64,000 nt of DNA. Origin: Thermodesulfobacteriota bacterium. GTDB taxonomy: Bacteria; Desulfobacterota_D; UBA1144; Nemesobacterales; UBA2774. Position 1 is the first letter of the stretch, and each line of letters begins with the position of its first letter. The notes beneath the pieces were generated by a model, which ran no database searches, was not told where the DNA came from, and was given only the letters and a program-made list of their open reading frames with translations. Location of the stretch: the NCBI GenBank assembly GCA_965223335.1, contig OZ244991.1, positions 1,641,856-1,705,855 on the forward strand. Direction: 5' to 3'. A program made the position numbers and the translations under genes. Of this stretch, positions 10,735 through 19,915 are shown piece after piece.

Positions 10735-11589
10735 ATGGTAGGCAAGATAGCTGTCTCACTTTTAGTACTCCTTTTGATCTGGGGTAACCTTGTGGCAGGT
10801 CTTAAGTACGGGCTTGCCTGTCCCGATTGGCCCCTTTGTCATGGCAAGGTGCTCCCACCGTTGCGCTGGGATATTTACATGGAGTTTATGCACCGTGTAA
10901 TAGGTGGCGTCACATCTATTTTTTTAGTCATACTTGCCTACAAGCGGCTTCGGGCCTACAAGGGTGGGGCTAAATCGATACCGGTCATCATGGTCCTGCT
11001 GCTTCTGCTGCAAATATTTGTGGGGGGATTTGTTGTGTTATTGGGGCTCCCTGTGGATTTGACCACGTTTCATTTTGCAAATGCCATAATCATATTTGTA
11101 CTCACACTGTATATGGTGTATTTCGACGGTGTTAGCTGGACCCCTGTCTTCAGTGCTGCGGGGGTTTCGGCTGTGTTTTTCTTTTTGAGTCTGCTTGTAG
11201 TGGTTCAGTTGGTCCTGGGTGCATATGTAAGGCATTCCGAGGCCGGGCTTGCATGCCCCGATTTCCCGACCTGTTTAGGGTTCTGGGTGCCGCCCAATCT
11301 AGCGGGCATAGTGCTCAATCATTTTGCCCACCGCACGCTCGCATATATAATCACATTGTGTGTGCTGGGTCTCGTAGCAGCCTCTTTGTCTTACCAATCG
11401 TTAGCTGCTTACCGCAACCGTATATACATTGTACTCGGACTCATTTTGGTACAGATACTTTTGGGTGTAGCAGTCGTGCATACGAAACTCTATTTCGCAG
11501 TGACTGCAGTACACCTTGCGGTAGCACTTTTAATCCTGGGAGTACTCTTAGACACCTGGTTTCGGGTCATTGCAAAAAGTAGTGTATAA
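10735..11589 (+). CDS. ctaA: Heme A synthase (CtaA/COX15)
   Basis: 8-TM protein with paired Cys loops (CPDWPLC, CPDFPTC) and conserved His residues, as expected for CtaA. Confidence 0.85.
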   Translation: MVGKIAVSLLVLLLIWGNLVAGLKYGLACPDWPLCHGKVLPPLRWDIYMEFMHRVIGGVTSIFLVILAYKRLRAYKGGAKSIPVIMVLLLLLQIFVGGFVVLLGLPVDLTTFHFANAIIIFVLTLYMVYFDGVSWTPVFSAAGVSAVFFFLSLLVVVQLVLGAYVRHSEAGLACPDFPTCLGFWVPPNLAGIVLNHFAHRTLAYIITLCVLGLVAASLSYQSLAAYRNRIYIVLGLILVQILLGVAVVHTKLYFAVTAVHLAVALLILGVLLDTWFRVIAKSSV

Positions 11590-11626
11590 TCTCAATTAAT
11601 TATCCGGGCCCGGGGATCTGTCAGTC

Positions 11627-12538
11627 ATGGAACACGTAGAAAGAGCACCTTCTAAAATAGTAGTATCCACTATACTGCTTTCTAAACCGGGCATAATTCT
11701 TAGCGTAGCCTTTACCGGATTTGCGGGGATGGTCGTTGCCTACGGGGGAGTGCCGTCGGTGGGCAGTATTGCGCTTGTTATAGTTTCACTGCTACTAAGC
11801 GCGGCCGGGTCGGCGATCCTTAACAACGTACTAGACGAGCAGATCGACCAATCAATGGAACGTCTCAACAAGCGTGTAGAGGCGCTTCACGCCGTGGGCA
11901 ATAAAACCGCCGTAATAATTGCAAGCGTTTTTATAGCTATCTCGCTCTTTATAGCCTACTTCTATATCAATCTCGTCTTTACCGTTTTAACAGTTGCCGC
12001 GATTGTAAGCTATACGTTTCTATACACCCTCTATCTCAAACGCAGCTCCCCCTATGGGACTATCCTGGGCGGGCTACCGGGAGCACTGCCGGTTTTGATA
12101 GGCTATTCAGCGGTAAGCCCTGCTATCCGCCTAGATGGGGTCATATTGTTTATATTTATGATGCTGTGGCAACCCCCTCATTTTTGGGCACTGGCCCAGA
12201 AGTACAGGCTCGATTACAAAAAGGCCGGGATCCCTGTAATGCCGGTTGTATTCGGTGCTGAATACACCAACATCATGATCCTGCTCTATTCGCTTGCACT
12301 ACTGCCGCTCACACTCTGTCTTTCATTTCTTGACTACTGCTCAAACTACTTTGCTGTAGTAGCTATAGCACTCGGTTTTTATTTCGAGTTTGTGATAATA
12401 AGGAGCGCCATTACAAACTCAGGTTATGGTAAGGCCTTCGGGGTCTCTATCATATACATGCTCGGTATCATGATGGCGTTGATACTCGATATGATTCTAA
12501 ATCCTAACAATGCCGTCGTAATTGCAATACTCTCATAG
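11627..12538 (+). CDS. ctaB: Protoheme IX farnesyltransferase (heme O synthase)
   Basis: UbiA-family prenyltransferase membrane protein with the NxxxDxxxD-type motif (NNVLDEQID). It is the last gene of the oxidase cluster. Confidence 0.85.
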   Translation: MEHVERAPSKIVVSTILLSKPGIILSVAFTGFAGMVVAYGGVPSVGSIALVIVSLLLSAAGSAILNNVLDEQIDQSMERLNKRVEALHAVGNKTAVIIASVFIAISLFIAYFYINLVFTVLTVAAIVSYTFLYTLYLKRSSPYGTILGGLPGALPVLIGYSAVSPAIRLDGVILFIFMMLWQPPHFWALAQKYRLDYKKAGIPVMPVVFGAEYTNIMILLYSLALLPLTLCLSFLDYCSNYFAVVAIALGFYFEFVIIRSAITNSGYGKAFGVSIIYMLGIMMALILDMILNPNNAVVIAILS

Positions 12539-12544
12539 TGCCCA

Positions 12545-14356
12545 CTATATCTTCGGCAGTAACTCTTTTAAGTGTTCATGAGGTGTTCTCAGCGTGTGTA
12601 TGGCATCCACCCAGAACTGGGGAGAGTTCAGGTCTGCGCCTATGGTTTTCGATGCTACATTATCAGCTGTGTCAGAGCCAGTGTTTCGCAAAAACTCTTC
12701 GTATTTCTCAATAAACGCAGGCCCCTCTCGTTTAAACATTGCAAATAACCCGCGGCTTAGCAGGTACCCGAATGTGTAGGGGAAGTTGTAAAAAGTCACG
12801 CCGGTTATATAGAAATGCAGTTTCGAGGCCCAGAAATATGGATCTTCTCCGTCCTGCTCCAATATATCCCCAAAGATTTTCTGCTGTGTTTCGCACATAA
12901 GCTCTTTTATGCGGCTTACACTCACCTCGCCCGCCCCGCGTTCCTCGTAAAAACTCTTCTCGAACTCAAACCTAACAGGTATATCCATCAGATAAATGGC
13001 ACCGTGGTTTATCTCCATATCTAGCATCTCTGCCTTTTGCCTGTCACTAATCTCGGGGCTGCTGATGATACCCTCTGCAAGTATCATCTCGCCGAATGTA
13101 GATGCAGATTCAGCAAGTGTCATCGGGTAGAGGTGTGCGTAGGGCCTTATATCGCGCATAACATAGCTGTGGAATGCGTGGCCCGCCTCATGAGCAAGTG
13201 TGAGTACATCCCCAATGGTCTCGTTATATGTCATAAATATCCGCGATTCCTTCGTAAGCAGTGAGCCTGTGCAAAACCCCCCGGGGCGCTTTCCCTGCCG
13301 GGGCTCCCAGTCTATCCAGTTCTTTTCATACATGTTGTTTACGAATACACCTAGCTCGGGGTACGATTTTGAAAACGCCTCGCTCACAAGGCCTTTCCCT
13401 TTTTCCCAATCCAGCTTCTCATCTTGGGGCAGATCGAGGGGTGCCCCCAGGTCGTACCAAGCAATACTTTCTCTATTCATGGTCCGGGCCTTGTATCTGA
13501 GTATCTCTTTTGGGACCTCTATCTCGGAATATATGGCCTCAAACATAGCATCCAGAGTCTTACGGCTGATAGCGGATTGAAATAGTGCTACATCCAGGAA
13601 ATGGTCAATACCCCGATAGCGGTTTAGCGTTAGCCTAGTACCCGCAATTGCATTTAGAGCCGCTGCAGCGGTGTCTTCAATACCGGCCCACGCAGCGTTA
13701 CCCCCGTCAAACGCAGCTTTTCTTGTTGCACGGTCGGGCTTTTCCATAAGCGACCGCCTTTTAGATATTGGGATAATCTCTTTGGTCCCGTCAGGGTATT
13801 TCATCTCGAACTCAAGCTTGCTCGACACCGTATCGTAGAGCCGCCCCCATGCCTCGATACCGTTTACAGCCAGATCTGCGGTAAGCACCTCTTTTTCTGC
13901 ATCCATCTTCTTCTGCGCGTCTTCCCTGAGCCGCTCTATATAGTATTTTGCACCATTTAAGCCCTTGCTTTTCACAAAACTATCTATTGTTTCGTCTGTT
14001 GCGTCCTTAAGTGCTCTAATAAGCTCTATTCTGAGCTTAGAGAACTCAGCCCCCATAAGTGACATATCTGCCTCTTCCCTTAGAAAGTCTTCGTTAAGGC
14101 CGTCGGCCGATGCCAGGCAGCCCACATAAGAGCTCAGATGAGAGTACCGCGTGAGTATATCTTCGCACGAGATAAACACCCCTTCCCATTGCTTTAAGTT
14201 CCCTTCGTTCAATATATCCAGCGTGCAAGCGCTTTTGAGTGTAGAGTCTATATCGCTTCTAAGTACAGTTTTAAATTCCTCCATCTCATTCCCCCTAAAC
14301 ACAGGGAAATAGCTTGTTAGATCCCAATTCATTTTCTCGGTTGCTTTGTCCGGCAT
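12545..14356 (-). CDS. pepF: Oligoendopeptidase F (M3B family zinc metallopeptidase)
   Basis: A 603-aa protein with an HEAGHAFH zinc-binding motif and M3-family architecture. There is no signal peptide. Confidence 0.85.
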   Translation of the reverse strand: MPDKATEKMNWDLTSYFPVFRGNEMEEFKTVLRSDIDSTLKSACTLDILNEGNLKQWEGVFISCEDILTRYSHLSSYVGCLASADGLNEDFLREEADMSLMGAEFSKLRIELIRALKDATDETIDSFVKSKGLNGAKYYIERLREDAQKKMDAEKEVLTADLAVNGIEAWGRLYDTVSSKLEFEMKYPDGTKEIIPISKRRSLMEKPDRATRKAAFDGGNAAWAGIEDTAAAALNAIAGTRLTLNRYRGIDHFLDVALFQSAISRKTLDAMFEAIYSEIEVPKEILRYKARTMNRESIAWYDLGAPLDLPQDEKLDWEKGKGLVSEAFSKSYPELGVFVNNMYEKNWIDWEPRQGKRPGGFCTGSLLTKESRIFMTYNETIGDVLTLAHEAGHAFHSYVMRDIRPYAHLYPMTLAESASTFGEMILAEGIISSPEISDRQKAEMLDMEINHGAIYLMDIPVRFEFEKSFYEERGAGEVSVSRIKELMCETQQKIFGDILEQDGEDPYFWASKLHFYITGVTFYNFPYTFGYLLSRGLFAMFKREGPAFIEKYEEFLRNTGSDTADNVASKTIGADLNSPQFWVDAIHTLRTPHEHLKELLPKI

Positions 14357-14491
14357 CTGTGCTCCTCTTTTTTGTTAGGATTTGTTGGGAATAATGTACC
14401 CTGTGATTAAAGGGTGTTAAATCTCGGATTTGGCTTGTGGATGGATGTGTTAGAAGAGAAACTTTTCCTTCAAACGGTTATCTAATTATAT

Positions 14492-15436
14492 ATGACACAC
14501 TCAACTGCGGGTTCGTTTTTCATCGCTATATTGTATTATGTGCTTATTCTCCCTCAACTGTCGCAGGCCCTCGAAGCTTATAACGGGTTTGATGTCGAAA
14601 ACAGCATTGTACCTAAAAATGAGATATTTTCCGGCGGCCCTCCCAAAGACGGCATCCCTGCTATTTTAAAACCCAAGTTCGAGTCCCCTAAAGATTCGGG
14701 GTGGCTAAAGGACGATGACCTTGTGACAGGGGTCTCTATAAACGGTGAAACACGGGCGTACCCCTTGCGTATCCTGGTTTGGCACGAAGCGGTTAACGAC
14801 ACTGTAGGAGCGCAGCCGATATTGGTCTCTTACTGTCCTCTATGCGGGTCTACTTTAGTGTTCAGCAGGAACATTGATGACGACACCTTTAGTTTCGGGA
14901 TTTCCGGACTCTTGTACCAGTCCGATGTACTCTTCTACGACCACAAGACCGAAAGCCTCTGGTCTCAACTCGAGATGAAGTCCATTGCCGGAAAGATGGT
15001 AGGCACCCGACTCGAGGTGCTGCCCTCTACACTATCTACATGGAGGGAATGGAAAAAAGCACACCCCGACACGCTGGTTCTCAGCAGAGATACAGGGTAC
15101 TCAAGGGATTACAGCACCATGCCCTATGCGGGTTATGAACAATCCACCGCCACTATGTTCCCCGTTAACCACAGCAGCAATAGATACCATCCCAAGGAAA
15201 AGGTTTTAGTGGTGCTTGTGGACGGTGATGCCAAGGCCTATCCCTTTAGTGAACTAAAGAATGCAGAGGCCCCACTCAGTGATAAGATTGGGAATACAGA
15301 TGTAAAAATTCTGTTTGGTGATGGCGACTATGTGACCGCTACTGACAGTAACGGCAATCCCATAGAGTCGTTTGTGTCGTACTGGTTCGCTTGGTACACC
15401 TTCAGGCCCGAGACAGATGTGTACAAGGCCAAGTAA
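14492..15436 (+). CDS. DUF3179-family secreted protein (unknown function)
   Basis: Signal peptide followed by the GGPPKDGIPAI motif that I recognise from DUF3179 proteins. The assignment is from memory of the family signature. Confidence 0.5.
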   Translation: MTHSTAGSFFIAILYYVLILPQLSQALEAYNGFDVENSIVPKNEIFSGGPPKDGIPAILKPKFESPKDSGWLKDDDLVTGVSINGETRAYPLRILVWHEAVNDTVGAQPILVSYCPLCGSTLVFSRNIDDDTFSFGISGLLYQSDVLFYDHKTESLWSQLEMKSIAGKMVGTRLEVLPSTLSTWREWKKAHPDTLVLSRDTGYSRDYSTMPYAGYEQSTATMFPVNHSSNRYHPKEKVLVVLVDGDAKAYPFSELKNAEAPLSDKIGNTDVKILFGDGDYVTATDSNGNPIESFVSYWFAWYTFRPETDVYKAK

Positions 15437-15540
15437 CTTAGCTCGTTACCTATAAATCCAACAAAAATCAGACAAGTGCGGTATAATTTTTCTACTCCGA
15501 GCGGTTAAAAATTCATACGATTAAACAAAGGGAACAAAAC

Positions 15541-15825
15541 ATGAACAATAAAAGTTATATGGCATTATTCATAAAAAATCTCTTTAGGAAAGATACTGTA
15601 GTGCGTGCGATCAAAGTGATGATGATCGTCGCCCCTATACTCATCCTGATCAACCATCACGACCACATTATTGCACGTGAGTTCTCACATAAATTCTATA
15701 TGAAGTCTTTGCTTACACTGTTTGTCCCATACTGCGTATCGGCTTATTCATCTGCCAGTGCATACACCGCAGATGAGATTGCCAAACTCAATAATCCGAG
15801 CTCTTCCCAGCCGGTAGGTGTGTAA
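15541..15825 (+). CDS. Small hypothetical membrane protein (94 aa)
   Basis: One hydrophobic segment (VMMIVAPILILI) followed by a HHDH stretch. I recognise no family. Coding status rests only on the ORF and the intergenic context. Confidence 0.35.
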   Translation: MNNKSYMALFIKNLFRKDTVVRAIKVMMIVAPILILINHHDHIIAREFSHKFYMKSLLTLFVPYCVSAYSSASAYTADEIAKLNNPSSSQPVGV

Positions 15826-15839
15826 AGATTTGGTGAGTA

Positions 15840-16793
15840 TCACGAGGAGGGATTATCTTTCTTTGTCTGCTCGTTTAAGTGCCAGTCATAGTGCAGATAA
15901 CCTAGTTTAAAATCGTTTTTCTCAAGAAATTGCACGTCGTATTCTGAAGAAATATTTGTTAGCACAAAACTAAGAACCGATTTATCCTTTAAGCTTCGGC
16001 CCGCGAACTGATCGGTCTCGCCATAAGTGGCAATAAAGTCTTCACCGAACCATTTGAAAATCTTAGACACTTTTACTTGTTTCGTTTTCGGATTCACATA
16101 AACTCCTTTCGATGGGTTATTAACGAAGTTTTTAGATGCGTCCACTAACTGGACTTCCAGCTTATCCCCTGTGTAGGCCTCGTCTCTTAGGTCTGGGCAC
16201 CCGATTGAGGCACAGTTGATGGCTGCGTGGATTCGCGGTTCATTGAACTTCTTTCTAAGTATCTCGTGCTCTATCTCCCCCAGCGTGACCATGTTGCCCA
16301 TTGCCCTGAACTGTAGCTTGTCCCATATGCCTCTTATCTGCCGGATGCTGTTTGAGGGGGCTGTGATCCCGAGTAACGTGAGGCTCCTTTTAATTGGATA
16401 ATTGTCTATGATCGCAGCCAGCGTAAATGCATTATATGCGTTTATCCAATAGGCAATTTGCTCGGATTCCGTCCATTTGTTGTAGTCATCGGGCGAGACC
16501 TCACCCAGCGTGCGCATATATGCCTGTAATTGTTCCCGTGATAGTTGTAGCCCACGATAATCGACCCTGCTCGCTTTAACAAATCGTTCCAATATAGAAT
16601 CGAATTGCTCGTGTGTCTGGTCAAATTCCTTAATATCACTGTTCTCCAATGCGTAGGATACAATTGTATAAGCATTGCTCTGGTGATTTTGAGATAATGA
16701 ATATGCGACTGCTAGCAGTGCAATGATTATTGCTACTGATATTTGGTAAGATATGTGATTCCAGAATTTCGCGATTCGTAGCAAGCGACCCAT
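15840..16793 (-). CDS. DUF547 domain protein (secreted or membrane-anchored)
   Basis: N-terminal TM/signal segment and the AYWINAYNAF motif characteristic of DUF547. Confidence 0.55.
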   Translation of the reverse strand: MGRLLRIAKFWNHISYQISVAIIIALLAVAYSLSQNHQSNAYTIVSYALENSDIKEFDQTHEQFDSILERFVKASRVDYRGLQLSREQLQAYMRTLGEVSPDDYNKWTESEQIAYWINAYNAFTLAAIIDNYPIKRSLTLLGITAPSNSIRQIRGIWDKLQFRAMGNMVTLGEIEHEILRKKFNEPRIHAAINCASIGCPDLRDEAYTGDKLEVQLVDASKNFVNNPSKGVYVNPKTKQVKVSKIFKWFGEDFIATYGETDQFAGRSLKDKSVLSFVLTNISSEYDVQFLEKNDFKLGYLHYDWHLNEQTKKDNPSS

Positions 16794-16854
16794 AATAACT
16801 GTTAGATGGACCCTATTTACTAAGGATTCAAATCTATATTCCTATACGAACCAT

Positions 16855-17337
16855 TTAGGGGTTCGGATTCGGTACAGTTATAGGTGGCTGAGTTGGAGGT
16901 GGCTGTGTAGGTATCGGCCGTGTGGGTGGTGGGCGTCTTGTCGGAGGCACGGGTGGATTAGTCGGTGGTAGAGGTGGGTTTGTAGGCGGTACGGGCGGGT
17001 TGGTGGGAGGATTGGGCGGATTCGTAGGGGGAGGTGCAGTTCGGAAATCATTTTGAGCATCCGGCGGTTCTTGATTGTACGGAGGCTCGGGGTCCGGGAC
17101 TCTTGGGATAGGTGCACGGAGCAGAATTTCCATAACATTTAGCAGATCAGGGTTATCGCGTACCGAATTTATCCTATCAATCGCACCCATATCGAGATCT
17201 ATCTGTTCGTCTGTGGTCCATGAGTTGTTTAAAGCTCCCGCTATCATATGCGGCGATGAAATAAGCAGCACTGCAATTATCATGAATAGCAACGATCTTA
17301 GCGGTTTTAATTTGTTCATTTTATTGAATACTTTCAT
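16855..17337 (-). CDS. Secreted proline-rich repeat protein (P-T-N-P-P-x-P-P tandem repeats)
   Basis: Signal peptide (LLFMIIAVLLISSPHMIAGA). The C-terminal half is almost pure PTNPPxPP/PTQPP repeats. The start is taken at the ATG at 17337; the track's first codon is GTG. The gene directly follows the TPR outer-membrane protein gene, with 1 nt between them. Confidence 0.6.
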   Translation of the reverse strand: MKVFNKMNKLKPLRSLLFMIIAVLLISSPHMIAGALNNSWTTDEQIDLDMGAIDRINSVRDNPDLLNVMEILLRAPIPRVPDPEPPYNQEPPDAQNDFRTAPPPTNPPNPPTNPPVPPTNPPLPPTNPPVPPTRRPPPTRPIPTQPPPTQPPITVPNPNP

Positions 17338-17344
17338 AACCACC

Positions 17345-18658
17345 TCAATAACTCAGGAATAATGACCATGTGATGATGTGACGGTCATATTCTAGCACTC
17401 TGTAAGTTGAGTCCTCGTTTGTAAAACTGTATGACATTGCCGCGTATATCGGTCCCGAGATATTACGTGTCAGCATCGCAAGGAAGTTGATCCTGTCGGT
17501 TTTCCTATCTCTTGGACCCTGGAAATCTGGGTATTTTTCTCTGCCGTACTCACCATTAATATCTGCTCTAATAGCCCAAAACAACGGTGCAGATATTCCG
17601 CCCCTTAACCTGTGGCCGTTAAAATTAAAGTTGAGTCCATCGGCGTTATTGTGCTGGAACTCGTACCCAAGCCACACATTTAGTGCACGCTCCATAAAAA
17701 AGAAGTACTGTAACAAACCAACACTGTTATTTACAGCATCACGTGACGAGATTGCGGGATCAAACCCCTCGTCCTCAAAATCATCATAGGCAAACCTGTA
17801 AAACGGTATTGTTAGGGTGTTGGGTGTGAACGCTGTATTTAGTGATGCGGTAATAGAGTGCGAGTTGCTAAACCTGTCATAATCGAGCAGTGCATAGTTA
17901 AAGTTATAGTTTAGTGTCGGGGAAAACGGTTTGCCGAATAGTGTGGTTGTGTAGTTAATGTATGGTGAAACGTTGAATGTAGATAGATTGAAATCTCTAA
18001 GTTCTCGTTTGGTATGTTGGCTCTGGTAGGTGTTGAAATTGGCACCCAGCACCCAATTCCCTAGGTTAGTGGTTCGTAACCCCAGGTTTAGGTACTCGGT
18101 GAACCTGAATGACTCGTCTTCGGTAAATGCCGCCCCACTGCCGTTTGGGTTTTCCGGCACATTGAAATCGAGTTGGGGTGCAATTTGTAGGAATACGTTA
18201 TAGAATCTGGGGCCACCGGGTCTCTCGAACTCGGTCTGCTGTTGTTCAATGGCCTCGACATACTTTCCTGCCCACTTCGCGTATAGAGATTCCGGGGCTA
18301 GCGTTTTTACCTTGTCAAAAAGCGCACGCGCCATATCGGTCTGGCTGATTTTGAAATATGTAGATGCCTTATAATAGATTATCGGTACGTTTTCGGGGTC
18401 TATCTTAAGCGCTTTATCATAAGTTTCGAGTGCCTTTTGATAGTTTTCCAGCCTGTGATAAGAAAGTCCGATATATCTTAATATTAGAGGGGCCTGGTCA
18501 GGGTATTGCTCAAGTAGAGTTGTGAATTCTGTTATCGCCTTATTATAATCACCGGATTTAAAGGCCTTCCCGGCTTCTGTATCTACTATATTAAGCTCTG
18601 CAAAAGCCGCGGGGGTAATCAGCGAGAGAATGAAAAATGTGTATATGAGTATCCGCAT
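17345..18658 (-). CDS. TPR-repeat outer-membrane beta-barrel protein
   Basis: Signal peptide MRILIYTFFILSLITPAAFA at an internal Met, so the track ORF is trimmed by 50 codons. Next come about 3 TPR motifs, then an aromatic- and Gly-rich region of alternating residues ending in ...WSLFLSY. A terminal aromatic residue is typical of outer-membrane barrels. Confidence 0.6.
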   Translation of the reverse strand: MRILIYTFFILSLITPAAFAELNIVDTEAGKAFKSGDYNKAITEFTTLLEQYPDQAPLILRYIGLSYHRLENYQKALETYDKALKIDPENVPIIYYKASTYFKISQTDMARALFDKVKTLAPESLYAKWAGKYVEAIEQQQTEFERPGGPRFYNVFLQIAPQLDFNVPENPNGSGAAFTEDESFRFTEYLNLGLRTTNLGNWVLGANFNTYQSQHTKRELRDFNLSTFNVSPYINYTTTLFGKPFSPTLNYNFNYALLDYDRFSNSHSITASLNTAFTPNTLTIPFYRFAYDDFEDEGFDPAISSRDAVNNSVGLLQYFFFMERALNVWLGYEFQHNNADGLNFNFNGHRLRGGISAPLFWAIRADINGEYGREKYPDFQGPRDRKTDRINFLAMLTRNISGPIYAAMSYSFTNEDSTYRVLEYDRHIITWSLFLSY

Positions 18659-18896
18659 ATCTTCATTTTTGATGTTACTTCCGAGGATTATATAATTTTT
18701 TGTGTCTGCTTGCAAATGGATATTAGAATTAATATCCTCTCTAATTAAGCAAGCAATATGTAGTATTAAGTTGCTGGAATATGGCTTGCATCGGATTGTT
18801 ATTTGCATAATTATCCGCCTGAGTAATGAGAAGAGGCTGTGTATATTTCCTCCTCAAAACTATTTCAAATAGTTAGTAGTTGTTAAGGGAGTAAAG

Positions 18897-18918
18897 GTTC
18901 ATTACAACTGTAATGAAC
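18897..18918. promoter_or_regulatory. Perfect palindrome GTTCATTACA-AC-TGTAATGAAC (operator-like)
   Basis: A 10-bp perfect inverted repeat with a 2-nt spacer, about 240 nt upstream of the TPR outer-membrane protein gene. Read in the gene's sense it supplies TGAACC-N15-ACTAC, which has the -35 but not the -10 of the island's ECF motif. Confidence 0.35.
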
Positions 18919-18971
18919 TCTGATTCTAGCGGGTTATATGTAGAAATGTGTGGAATAGTTAATTCCTATTG

Positions 18972-19787
18972 CTATGAAAAGGCCTGATTTAATCTCTCAA
19001 TTTGCTCATCGGACAGGTGCCAGCCCGAGCCCCCGCAATTCTCAACAGTGCGCTCAACGCTGTTGGATTTCGGTATGGATACTACATTTGGATGGGAATT
19101 GCACCAGTTTAGAGAGACCTGTGCCATAGTCCTGCCAGTCTCTTTTGCAATGTCCTCAAGCACCTGCATTTTGCTGCTTACCCTGATTCGTGGTTTCTTG
19201 CAAAGCCGCCCGTCATCAAGGGGGGTATACGCGAGGATTGTTATGTTGCTCTTCTCGCAAAATGGTATTAAGTCTGTTTCTATGCCGCGGCTGTTTAGGT
19301 TGTAGAGGACCTGATTTGAGACTATCGGATGGTGGTTAAGATAGTGCATAGCGTTTAATAGTTCGTCTGTGTCGAAATTGCTCACACCCAGATATTTAAC
19401 CAGGCCCCGGTCGGCCAGTTTCTCTAAAGCTCGCATCGTATCCTGCAGAGGGTAGGTGTAATTGGGCCAGTGGATCTGATAGAGATCAATATAATCAGTA
19501 CCTAGTCGATACAAGCTGTCCTCGCATGCTCTCAATACATCATCATGTGCAAGGTGTCTGCCTGAGACCTTCGTTGCTAAAAACACGTCATCACGAATAC
19601 CTTTAATTGCTTCTCCTACCACGTCTTCAGTGTGATAACCCTCGGCAGTGTCTATGAGACTTGCACCCAGTTTTATCCCCTCTCTTAGAGTCTCTGCACC
19701 ACCCCGGTACCTCCATGTGCCGAGCCCGATCTCAGGGATCATAATCCCGGTATTACTTAGTTCTTTATGGTTCATCTCTGTACTCAT
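18972..19787 (-). CDS. Aldo/keto reductase family oxidoreductase
   Basis: AKR fold signatures (GLGTW, IDTAEGY, LGVSNF). Confidence 0.8.
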   Translation of the reverse strand: MSTEMNHKELSNTGIMIPEIGLGTWRYRGGAETLREGIKLGASLIDTAEGYHTEDVVGEAIKGIRDDVFLATKVSGRHLAHDDVLRACEDSLYRLGTDYIDLYQIHWPNYTYPLQDTMRALEKLADRGLVKYLGVSNFDTDELLNAMHYLNHHPIVSNQVLYNLNSRGIETDLIPFCEKSNITILAYTPLDDGRLCKKPRIRVSSKMQVLEDIAKETGRTMAQVSLNWCNSHPNVVSIPKSNSVERTVENCGGSGWHLSDEQIERLNQAFS

Positions 19788-19868
19788 AATTATGATTCTT
19801 AAATATATGATAATAAATTCTTATAGGTTTGAATACAGAGGGAATGTAGTAGTCGCAAGATATATATT

Positions 19869-19903
19869 AAAAACGGGGCTGTCTGTGAATTTAGACAACC
19901 CCG
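19869..19903 (-). terminator. Rho-independent terminator after the choice-of-anchor-Q gene
   Basis: 11-bp stem CGGGGCTGTCT/AGACAACCCCG with one mismatch and an 8-nt loop, followed on the minus strand by a TTTTT run. It starts 13 nt after the stop codon. Confidence 0.6.
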
Positions 19904-19915
19904 TATAGTCTCATT

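Noticed and set aside
12594-13580. A series of 60-126-aa plus-strand ORFs inside the pepF locus
   Set aside because: All lie antisense within the well-supported 603-aa M3 peptidase gene (HEAGHAFH), so they are shadow ORFs.
16843-16861. Small hairpin CGAACC-ATTTAG-GGTTCG overlapping the stop of the Pro-repeat gene
   Set aside because: The stem is only 6-7 bp with no U-tract on either strand. This is insufficient for a terminator call. The GAACC resemblance to the regulon -35 is probably chance.
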